Assembly: GCA_040388745.1 (NCBI GenBank)
Contig: JAZKBF010000037.1
Location: 3,147-67,146 of the forward strand
Length of the DNA: 64,000 nt
Direction of reading: 5' to 3'
From: Bacteroidota bacterium
Lineage (GTDB): Bacteria; Bacteroidota; Bacteroidia; 2-12-FULL-35-15
Shown: piece by piece, positions 19,124 through 27,398 of the stretch
Layout: each line of letters starts with the position of its first letter
Position numbering within the stretch: the first letter of the stretch is position 1
Program-made: the position numbers and the translations under genes
The notes under the pieces: generated by a model
What the model was told of the DNA's origin: nothing
Seen by the model: only the letters and a program-made list of their open reading frames with translations
Database searches by the model: none

Positions 19124-19804
19124 TTAAGTCAGAATTGAAGAGACGGCCTTTCGTCTTATTCCAATAAACATAAGTGACAAATTTATCATTATAAGTATAT
19201 GCGCAATATCCAGGTAATTAAAGTAAGCGTGAAATGAAAACTTACTTGCATTTACAAATGCTGTTAAAAATAAAACTACAATTCCATAAGCGATCCAACT
19301 ACTTGCCTTTACTTTTTTCGCATCAATAAAATGAATGATCATGATAGGGACCAAACCGATCACTGAATTAAGGATAACAACCACAAAGTTTTGAAATAGA
19401 AAAACGGAAACAAAAAACAATATTAGTTGTATATGATAACTCAGGTTCCAGTAATATTTATTTCTCGAATCTTTTAAAGCAGAATACAATGTTGCCTTTT
19501 GTGCTCTATAAACCGCAAAAATATTTAAGGCTTGCATGGGCAGCCAAAATGATTTATACCCAAACCCTTCGTGAACAGCAAAAAAGCCATGAGAGCTTCC
19601 ACCAAAAAATGATGCGAAACTCAAAAGCAAAAAAAAACGTTTCCAATTAATGGTACTCTCATCGCGAAAAGAAGGACGATTGAGTTGCCAATAAAAATAA
19701 AAACATAAAACTGCAATTATATAATCTGTTAAAACAGTAACCGGTTGGTGAATTGGAAAATCACCTATATATATAGTAGTATCTGTTGTAACTATATCTT
19801 TCAT
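19124..19804 (-). CDS. Multi-pass membrane protein (DUF6962-like, possibly CREST superfamily)
   Basis: About 7 hydrophobic helices with TDY, SFFGGSSHG and NYLDIAH motifs. Confidence 0.65.
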   Translation of the reverse strand: MKDIVTTDTTIYIGDFPIHQPVTVLTDYIIAVLCFYFYWQLNRPSFRDESTINWKRFFLLLSFASFFGGSSHGFFAVHEGFGYKSFWLPMQALNIFAVYRAQKATLYSALKDSRNKYYWNLSYHIQLILFFVSVFLFQNFVVVILNSVIGLVPIMIIHFIDAKKVKASSWIAYGIVVLFLTAFVNASKFSFHAYFNYLDIAHILIMINLSLMFIGIRRKAVSSILT

Positions 19805-19808
19805 AATG

Positions 19809-19816
19809 CAAAAATA
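19809..19816 (-). promoter_or_regulatory. -7 promoter box 4 nt before ATG
   Basis: Minus strand TATTTTTG-CATT-ATG. Confidence 0.55.
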
Positions 19817-20119
19817 CTGATTTATGTAATTCAGGAAATAAATAGATAATGTATGTTATATAAATAAATGTGCCACGTATTTTGTTTTTGAACGCAGCTC
19901 AATTGCTTTTTAAGCATTCCCTTCTGGAGATAATTCAAAAAAGCTGTCGATTCTGAAACTTAAAAATGATAACAATGCTTAGAATCTTAAAAACACTATT
20001 GTTTCAAAAAAACAAAAACAGGAGATCAGAAATTGGATCCGGGAAATCTCAAAATGAATGTTCCGGCAAATCAACAATTCTTCATCCACAGATAGCAGTA
20101 ATAATTCAGTTAATAAATG

Positions 20120-20127
20120 TATTTTTG
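20120..20127 (+). promoter_or_regulatory. -7 promoter box 4 nt before ATG
   Basis: TATTTTTG-CAGT-ATG (ATG at 20132). Confidence 0.55.
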
Positions 20128-20131
20128 CAGT

Positions 20132-21361
20132 ATGACAAAAGAATTTTATTTAAAACACCATTCGTATCACATAAAGGCAATATTTTCTGCCTTGAAAAAT
20201 ATTTTTGAAAAAAACGAATATGCCGACAAAGCAATTGAAAAAGAAATGCGTGGCCATAAAAAATGGGACGTCAAAGAACGCGCCTTTGTTGCTGATGTAA
20301 CTTACGACATGGTGCGTAACTGGCGATTATTATTTGCCGCAGCAGGTGTGGAAGGAAAGCTGACAGATAAAAATTTGTGGAATGTTTTCGGGACCTATTT
20401 AGTTTTTGACGGATATGAATTACCGGAGAGTAATTATTTTAAAGGCTTAAATGCAAAAAAGATAATAACGCAGTTGGAGAAATTTCATAAGATCAGAAAA
20501 ATACGTGAATCAGTTCCTGATTGGTTGGATGAACTGGGTGAAAAAGAATTAGGAAAAGAGTGGGACAAAATTATCAGAGCACTCAACCAACGACCATCAA
20601 CTATCTTACGTGCAAATTCTTTAAAAACAAGTCCTAAGGAATTACAAACGATCTTAGAAGAAGAGAAAATAACCGATGCTTCACTTATCAGTTGGTCGCC
20701 CGATGCTGTGGAATTAAAATTCCCACGTAATGTTTTTCGTACCGAAGCATTTCATAAAGGATTATTTGAAGTGCAGGATGCATCCTCCCAAATGGTTTCC
20801 GAATTTTTAAATGTACAAGCCGGAATGCGTGTAGTGGATGCATGTGCGGGAGCTGGAGGAAAAACATTGCATCTTGCAGCATTGATGAAAAACAAAGGAC
20901 GCATCATTGCTTTGGATGTGAAAGAAAATAAATTGCTTGAATTAAAAAAACGTGCCACACGTGCCGAAGTTCGAATTGTTGAAACACGAACTATTGATTC
21001 TTCAAAAGTTGTAAAACGTTTAAAAGATACTGCCGATAGATTATTGCTTGATGTTCCTTGTTCGGGATTAGGTGTGCTTCGCAGAAATCCGGATAGCAAA
21101 TGGAAATTAAATTTAGAAGAGATTGAAAGGGTAAAAACTATCCAGCGCGAAATACTAACCAGTTTTCCGGATATAACCAAAGTGGGTGGAAAAATGGTTT
21201 ATGCAACATGTAGCATACTTCCATCAGAAGGCGAAGAACAAATAAAATGGTTCTTGAAACAAGTTGGCGACAAATGGAACTTACTTGGTGAAAAGCGCTA
21301 TTCACCTGAGATCTATCATGCCGATGGATTTTACATGGCATTGCTCGAACGGATGAAATAA
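20132..21361 (+). CDS. RsmB/NOP family rRNA cytosine-C5 methyltransferase
   Basis: FEVQDASSQ, DACAGAGGKT, LDVPCSGLG and YATCSI motifs. ATG 20132 chosen because the upstream ATG overlaps the promoter box. Confidence 0.93.
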   Translation: MTKEFYLKHHSYHIKAIFSALKNIFEKNEYADKAIEKEMRGHKKWDVKERAFVADVTYDMVRNWRLLFAAAGVEGKLTDKNLWNVFGTYLVFDGYELPESNYFKGLNAKKIITQLEKFHKIRKIRESVPDWLDELGEKELGKEWDKIIRALNQRPSTILRANSLKTSPKELQTILEEEKITDASLISWSPDAVELKFPRNVFRTEAFHKGLFEVQDASSQMVSEFLNVQAGMRVVDACAGAGGKTLHLAALMKNKGRIIALDVKENKLLELKKRATRAEVRIVETRTIDSSKVVKRLKDTADRLLLDVPCSGLGVLRRNPDSKWKLNLEEIERVKTIQREILTSFPDITKVGGKMVYATCSILPSEGEEQIKWFLKQVGDKWNLLGEKRYSPEIYHADGFYMALLERMK

Positions 21362-21800
21362 TTTATTTTTATTATTTGTTGTTCTTTGTTTATCGAAATT
21401 CGTTTTTGGGTCCATTCCTACAAAAAAAATATTTTTTTAATTTTTTATTTAAAAAAAAGTAAGGGGCTCAAAATTTTATCTGGTCTTGTTTGAAGGAAGA
21501 AAAAACGTAATACAATCTGATTTCAAAATTCACAACAACTCATTTTAAAAAAAGCTACACGTTGAAATAGCCTTTAAAATAGCAAAGTACAGAGGTAGTC
21601 GTTAAAAATGAAAAACACTTTTGAAATTATTTTTGATCCGTTTTTCAAAATTTTTTTTCAAAAAACCGAAAGGTTGAAATAACACCTTAACCGTTATCAA
21701 CATATTTGTGTTAATAAAATAAAGTTTATTTTTTATTTTTGTGTCAATAATTTTTCTTACTTCGTGTCATAATAATTTAATAACCAAAACAAAACAAACC

Positions 21801-21941
21801 ATGGCAAAAAAAGTAGCAAAAAAAGCAGCTCCTAAAAAAGCAGCTCCAAAAAAAGCAGCAGCTAAAAAAGCAGCTCCAAAAAAAGCAGCTAAAAAAGCAG
21901 CTCCAAAAAAAGCAGCAAAAAAAGCAGCTAAGAAAAAGTAA
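21801..21941 (+). CDS. 46-aa histone H1-tail-like basic protein (KKAAP repeats)
   Basis: MAKKVAKKAAPKKAAPKKAAAKKAAPKKAAKKAAPKKAAKKAAKKK. A-rich leader before ATG, synonymous variation between repeats, own terminator. Confidence 0.85.
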   Translation: MAKKVAKKAAPKKAAPKKAAAKKAAPKKAAKKAAPKKAAKKAAKKK

Positions 21942-21969
21942 AAAAAGGCTCGTAAGAGCCTTTTTTTTT
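21941..21969. terminator. Bidirectional intrinsic terminator
   Basis: aaaaaaggctc-gtaa-gagccttttttttt between convergent genes. Confidence 0.88.
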
Positions 21970-22005
21970 GTTCTTTATTTCCCCTCCCCTCTTTACAACA
22001 AACCC

Positions 22006-23028
22006 CTAAGACTTTTGAACAACACCAATACCAGGCAATTCATTTAATGTGATCTTCCCGTTTATAAATTCAATTCCATCAAACAAATCATTTTTAATTA
22101 ATAAGGGGCCGTCCAGGTCGGCATAATCAACCAATGGAGAAAGTTGTGCAGCGGCAGATACGGCACAGGATGTTTCACTCATACAGCCCATAAGAACCTT
22201 CAAATTTAATTCTCGGGCCCTGGTGATCATTTTAAACGCTTCGTGCATACCAGTGCATTTCATTAGCTTAATATTGATCCCATGAAAGCAATCTTTGATC
22301 TTATCCATATCCGAATAACGCTGGACGCTTTCATCCGCGAATAGCGGTAATGGTGACCTTTCAAAAAGCCATGCAGCATCATCTAAATTGCTTTTAAGTA
22401 ATGGTTGCTCTACAAACAATACATTTTTATCAGTTAACCATTCTATCATTTCAAGGGCGTGATATTTATCCTTCCAGCCTTGGTTAACATCAATTGCAAT
22501 GGTCTTGTCTGTAATGTTGCGAATAGTAGAAATAATTGTTTTATCATTTTCACCATTCAATTTTACTTTTAAAATTTTGTAGTTTTCTCCCTCAGCAACT
22601 TTTTCTTTTATTACTTCCGGTTCATCAATACCTAATGTATAAGTGGTATAGGGCGTATTGTTTTTATCACAATTAAAAATTTGCCAACAAGGTTTGTTTT
22701 GTAATTTACCAACTAAGTCATGTAAGGCAATATCAATAGCCGCTTTTGCTGCTGTGTTGTTTGGGGCAATGTTGTCAACCTCTTTTAATATAGCTTCAAT
22801 ACAAAAAGGGTCTTGATGTTTGGATAATAAGCCGGAAGCTTTTTTTAAAAAGAATAAAACACTCTCATGTGTTTCACCCAAATAGGGCGGCATACTTGCT
22901 TCTCCAAAACCCATTACACCCTGATGTTCCAATTGTGTTAGGACTATTGGTGTAGACAAACGAATACCGTGAGCGATCCTAAATGGTCTTTTGAAGTAAA
23001 GTAGTTCTGGTTTGAAAGTGAGTTCCAT
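22006..23028 (-). CDS. Dipeptide (L-Ala-D/L-Glu) epimerase, enolase superfamily
   Basis: KVK, DVNQGW, EQP, ADES, NIKLMK and DLDG motifs. Confidence 0.93.
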   Translation of the reverse strand: MELTFKPELLYFKRPFRIAHGIRLSTPIVLTQLEHQGVMGFGEASMPPYLGETHESVLFFLKKASGLLSKHQDPFCIEAILKEVDNIAPNNTAAKAAIDIALHDLVGKLQNKPCWQIFNCDKNNTPYTTYTLGIDEPEVIKEKVAEGENYKILKVKLNGENDKTIISTIRNITDKTIAIDVNQGWKDKYHALEMIEWLTDKNVLFVEQPLLKSNLDDAAWLFERSPLPLFADESVQRYSDMDKIKDCFHGINIKLMKCTGMHEAFKMITRARELNLKVLMGCMSETSCAVSAAAQLSPLVDYADLDGPLLIKNDLFDGIEFINGKITLNELPGIGVVQKS

Positions 23029-23201
23029 TGAATTTTTTTATGAAAGAGTTCTATATTGGACTTAATACATTTAAATTACGATACTTGGTATTATGGTCCA
23101 CAGATCCATTAAGATGCTTATGAAAAAAAATGATTTAAGTACTGCATGTTTTTTATTATATGGTATTAACGCTTGCGATTTATTCAAATGATTTTAATTA
23201 T

Positions 23202-23396
23202 TAGACTTTATATAAGTTAAAAAGCTTTGAAATTTTTTTTATCTAAATGCCTTGTTCAATGCGTCATTGCGAGACTTTTCAGTCGAAGCAATCTCATTTA
23301 TAGATATGAGATTGCTTCGGTCGTGAAAAACTCCCTCGCAATGACGCTCCAAATAGACATTTAACTATTTTAATAAACTAACTTATATAAAGTCTA
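23202..23396. mobile_element. MITE-like element, copy 2, with perfect 18-bp terminal inverted repeats
   Basis: tagactttatataagtta (23202-23219) / taacttatataaagtcta (23379-23396). 195 bp, non-coding, TA at both termini. Confidence 0.7.
23261..23347. repeat. REP-like nested palindrome (GTCATTGCGAG...CTCGCAATGAC)
   Basis: Outer arms gcgtcattgcgag/ctcgcaatgacgc, inner arms cgaagcaatctcat/atgagattgcttcg. Confidence 0.88.
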
Positions 23397-23728
23397 TTTC
23401 GCCAAAGGTGAGCTAAATATGCCAATACACAATAAAAATCATTGTTTGTCTTAAAAAATCAGCGAGAATCTGCGTACCATCAACAACGATGTCTATTGCA
23501 TAGCATTTATAAAACCTGTTTGATTTTAATATTTTTCATGATACATCAATCAAAACCATTTTAATTATATAACGCATGGAAAGCAAAATTACCGATTGCT
23601 GTCCTTTAAAACTATATCTTTTAATTATTTGATACTTTGCCTGATTTAGAGGAAGACAATTGTTTTTGAAAAAAATGTACTTGCTTTGTAATACTTATTA
23701 TCTTTGTGAAATAAACAAAAAAAATAAA

Positions 23729-24262
23729 ATGAAAATGAAAAAAATACTTTTATTATTAGCTACACCCGCACTTTTATTTTTTTCGAGTTGTGGTGGTTCA
23801 AAAACAGAAGAATCAGCTCCAATGCCGGGCATGATGGTAGTGGATCTTAAAATTAATGGTAACGACCTTTCAGTTATGGTTCCCGATTCATCAAGAGGGA
23901 AAATGGAAATAGTTGAACAATCGTGGGGAGCAACCGAAATTAAAGTTGGTGCCGATTTCCAAATATCAATCGAAGAGGGTGATGGTGATGTTGCATTAGT
24001 TAAAAGCGATGTTACTGGCAATGAAGTTTTTAAACTTCAACGTTATATAACAGATGAACCAACCTTATTATTTTGGGAAGAAAAAAATGCAGATCTGCCA
24101 AGTGCGAGATTTCATTTTTATACAATTATTAAAGCCGGAGCTTCAAATTATGTAATTAAAGATATTGAAAGTGGAGAAGCGTATAATGAAAAGGCTGTTC
24201 AAACAATGATTGATGCTGCAAAAACATTAAAGGCAAAAGAAGCTGTTAAAGCGGAAGCTTAG
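23729..24262 (+). CDS. Hypothetical lipoprotein
   Basis: MKMKKILLLLATPALLFFSS-C lipobox. TATCTTTG box at 23699-23706 favours this start. Confidence 0.75.
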   Translation: MKMKKILLLLATPALLFFSSCGGSKTEESAPMPGMMVVDLKINGNDLSVMVPDSSRGKMEIVEQSWGATEIKVGADFQISIEEGDGDVALVKSDVTGNEVFKLQRYITDEPTLLFWEEKNADLPSARFHFYTIIKAGASNYVIKDIESGEAYNEKAVQTMIDAAKTLKAKEAVKAEA

Positions 24263-24358
24263 TCTTTTGGAGCTGCTTACTATATTATATAGAGTACGAT
24301 AAATAAATTTACAATCTTATTTCTTAAATTATTTTTCTCAACAATAAAAATACTTACA

Positions 24359-25537
24359 ATGGCAACAGACAGATTTGAAGCTCATGATTATTATTTAATG
24401 GATGAATTGTTGACTGACGAACACAAACTGATACGCGAAACAGCACGTGCCTGGGTTAAAAAAGAAGTTACACCGATTGTGGAAGAAGCTTGTCAAAATG
24501 CAAAATTTCCTAAACAATGGATCAAGGGCTTAGCCGAAATAGGTGCTTTCGGACCATATATACCTACTGAATATGGCGGTGCCGGTTTAGACCAGATTTC
24601 TTATGGTATCATTATGCAGGAACTGGAACGTGGTGACAGTGGTTTACGCTCTACTGCATCGGTGCAAAGCTCATTGGTAATGTACCCGATCTATTCGTAT
24701 GGGACAGAAGAACAAAAACGCAAGTATCTTCCAAAACTGGCAACTGGTGAAATGATGGGTTGTTTTGGTTTAACAGAACCTGATCATGGGTCTAACCCAT
24801 TAGGGATGATCACTACTATTAAAGACAAAGGGGACCACTATTTATTGAACGGTGCTAAAATGTGGATCTCCAATTCGCCTTTTGCTGATATTGCAGTTGT
24901 ATGGGCGAAAGATGAAGCCGGTGATATCCGTGGTATGGTTGTTGAACGTGGCTGGGAAGGTTTTACTACACCTGAAACACATGGTAAATGGAGTTTACGT
25001 GCAAGTGCTACTGGCGAATTAGTTTTCGCAAATGTAAAAGTTCCAAAAGAAAATATATTCCCAACAATTAAAGGATTAAAGGGACCGTTGGGTTGTTTAA
25101 ATTCTGCCCGTTATGGTATTGCCTGGGGTGCTATTGGTGCTGCTATGGATTGTTATGATTCAGCATTGCGTTATTCAAAAGAGAGAATTCAATTTGGCAG
25201 ACCTATCGGTGGATTTCAACTTACACAAAAAAAATTAGCTGAAATGATCACTGAAATTACAAAAGCGCAATTATTGACTTGGAGATTAGGTGTTTTGAAA
25301 AATGAGAACCGCGCTACACCCGCTCAAATATCAATGTCGAAACGTAACAATGTAAACATGGCTTTACAAATTGCACGTGAAGCCCGCCAGATACACGGTG
25401 GAATGGGCATTACAGGGGAATACCCAATTATGAGGCACATGATGAATTTAGAATCAGTAATTACTTATGAAGGAACGCATGATATTCATTTGTTAATTAC
25501 AGGAATGGATGTTACCGGATTAAATGCGTTCCAATAA
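24359..25537 (+). CDS. Acyl-CoA dehydrogenase, glutaryl-CoA dehydrogenase-like
   Basis: ELERGDSGLRS, GCFGLTEPDHGS, CLNSARYGIAWG and NLESVITYEGTHDIH. Confidence 0.92.
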   Translation: MATDRFEAHDYYLMDELLTDEHKLIRETARAWVKKEVTPIVEEACQNAKFPKQWIKGLAEIGAFGPYIPTEYGGAGLDQISYGIIMQELERGDSGLRSTASVQSSLVMYPIYSYGTEEQKRKYLPKLATGEMMGCFGLTEPDHGSNPLGMITTIKDKGDHYLLNGAKMWISNSPFADIAVVWAKDEAGDIRGMVVERGWEGFTTPETHGKWSLRASATGELVFANVKVPKENIFPTIKGLKGPLGCLNSARYGIAWGAIGAAMDCYDSALRYSKERIQFGRPIGGFQLTQKKLAEMITEITKAQLLTWRLGVLKNENRATPAQISMSKRNNVNMALQIAREARQIHGGMGITGEYPIMRHMMNLESVITYEGTHDIHLLITGMDVTGLNAFQ

Positions 25538-25598
25538 TTTGGTGTCATAACATTAACGGTTTTGATGCCTTATAGTTAAATAACCTTAAAACAGAAAA

Positions 25599-26000
25599 AT
25601 GAAAAAGTACATCTTAATTTTAACAGCAATCGTTTCTTTTGAATATGTTGCAATTGCCCAAACAGCAAACACAACAGTAGTAACCAATCTTTCAGCTGAA
25701 AGGTTTAAAGCTATTATCGCCAACGATAAAAATGGAGTAATAATAGATTTACGTACGACTGATGAAATGAATAAGGGCTATATTAAAGGTGCAGTTCAAA
25801 TTGATTTTTTAGCGAAAGATGCTGAACAGCAAATTGATAAATTAGATAAAAATAAAACATATTATATTTATTGTGCAGCTGGTGGACGTAGCGCAGATGC
25901 TGCCGAATATATGGAGAAACAAAAATTTAAACATGTTTACAATTTTGAAAAAGGATTTTCTGAATGGGAGAAAAAAGGATTTCCGGTTGAGAAAAAATAA
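25599..26000 (+). CDS. Exported rhodanese-like domain protein
   Basis: Signal peptide, IIDLRTTDE, YCAAGGRS active loop, GFSEW. Confidence 0.88.
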   Translation: MKKYILILTAIVSFEYVAIAQTANTTVVTNLSAERFKAIIANDKNGVIIDLRTTDEMNKGYIKGAVQIDFLAKDAEQQIDKLDKNKTYYIYCAAGGRSADAAEYMEKQKFKHVYNFEKGFSEWEKKGFPVEKK

Positions 26001-26005
26001 AACAT

Positions 26006-26045
26006 TCAATCCCTAATAGGGCTTTCATGCACTGTTAGGGATTGA
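26006..26045. repeat. Imperfect palindrome (REP-like or terminator) between convergent genes
   Basis: tcaatccctaatag...ctgttagggattga, related to 37765-37791. Confidence 0.65.
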
Positions 26046-26115
26046 TTACATAATTACCGTTACCGCTAATATTATTCCCACACTTATCATAGACTAAAGA
26101 GTTCCAATCTATCTT

Positions 26116-27126
26116 TTACCAATTTACCATCTTTCCATCCTTAACTTTCAAATCAAAGTGATGAACATTGCCGAATTTTAAACGTTTGTACTTCGTTTTT
26201 TTTAGGTTATTCAATGAGCCCCACCAATAGCCTAAGCCATCGTCCCCCGAAAGGTAATCATGGTCATACACACCAAATCCCATACTATCATTTACATAAT
26301 AATGATATAGATTAAATGTATCATGTCCAATGTATTTGGCAGTTGAATTTTCGTAGGGTGTTTGCACATAAAACTCATTTTCGGGATAAAGTATAGCCCA
26401 ATAGATATCCGGATAGCTGCTTTTCCAAATGGTATTATCCATCCCGGCAGGCGAAAAAGAAGAATCGTTTTTTAGTTCTAATCCAAGACCATAAATAATG
26501 CTTTTATAAATAGGTGGGACAAGCATATCAAATTTCACTCTTGCATTTATTAAGGGTTTAGTGGCATACGCATGAATATATCCGGGCGAATTATCAGTTC
26601 TTATAACTGATACCTCGTCAGTAAAAACAGTTTGTGAAACAGCTAATTCAATTACATGCTTTCCACGTTTCAAATTGTGAAATGCATAAAAAGGAATTTG
26701 AATTTGCAAGTCGTTTGAATTTCTCAGATCAACGGTATCTGTCGAAAAGCGCATGCTTTTTGAAGTTGCCAAGGTGTCTTTAAAATAGCGAAAGGTGTTT
26801 TTGAAGACAGGATAGTCCGAAACAATAATTTTGCCGTCACAATAAAAAACAAGATCAAAAGCAGTTTTAAAAAGTGTGTCTTTGAAATTCTTGTAAACAG
26901 GGAAAGGAAAGTTTTTTAAGCCATTAATAGCCAACTTTATATACAATGAATTATTTAGTGAGTCTATTGAAAATGAAATATTCTTTTCGTTAAAAAAAGC
27001 AGATTTTTGTAGCACAGAATAATTAACCGCTTTAGGGAGATCCACCTCATTGTATCGATGGTATTCACAACTATTGAGGTAAACTACACAAAAAAAACAG
27101 AGTAAAATTTTTAATTTGATCTTCAT
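26116..27126 (-). CDS. Hypothetical lipoprotein with C-terminal C2-like domain
   Basis: MKIKLKILLCFFCVVYLNS-C lipobox. C-terminal PDIY and GVYDHDYLSGDDGLG motifs. Confidence 0.7.
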   Translation of the reverse strand: MKIKLKILLCFFCVVYLNSCEYHRYNEVDLPKAVNYSVLQKSAFFNEKNISFSIDSLNNSLYIKLAINGLKNFPFPVYKNFKDTLFKTAFDLVFYCDGKIIVSDYPVFKNTFRYFKDTLATSKSMRFSTDTVDLRNSNDLQIQIPFYAFHNLKRGKHVIELAVSQTVFTDEVSVIRTDNSPGYIHAYATKPLINARVKFDMLVPPIYKSIIYGLGLELKNDSSFSPAGMDNTIWKSSYPDIYWAILYPENEFYVQTPYENSTAKYIGHDTFNLYHYYVNDSMGFGVYDHDYLSGDDGLGYWWGSLNNLKKTKYKRLKFGNVHHFDLKVKDGKMVNW

Positions 27127-27398
27127 ATCAATCGCAAATATAATTAATAAATAACTTTCGCTCAAAGAAGGCCGATTCCAGGGTCTAAAAGAACATTCAG
27201 GAACACTATATCGCTTATATTAACCAAACAGTTTTTCGGGATTACGACTCTCTACTCCTTTAAAATATCATTTTTTTGACATTTTATTTCAAAACGGTCA
27301 TTTTTTCATACAAATTACAAAACTTTCTATTGTCGTTTTACGTAAACTATATTAGTTAAATTGCGTCTGCTTTTTTAATATGATTATTAGAAATTTTT

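Noticed and set aside
19966-20208. 80-aa ORF overlapping the RsmB-family start
   Set aside because: It spans the divergent promoter region and overlaps a real gene in another frame, with no motif.
21801-21941. CRISPR-like or non-coding tandem repeat
   Set aside because: Repeats are 12-15 bp, have no spacers, stay in frame and vary at synonymous positions, so they are coding.
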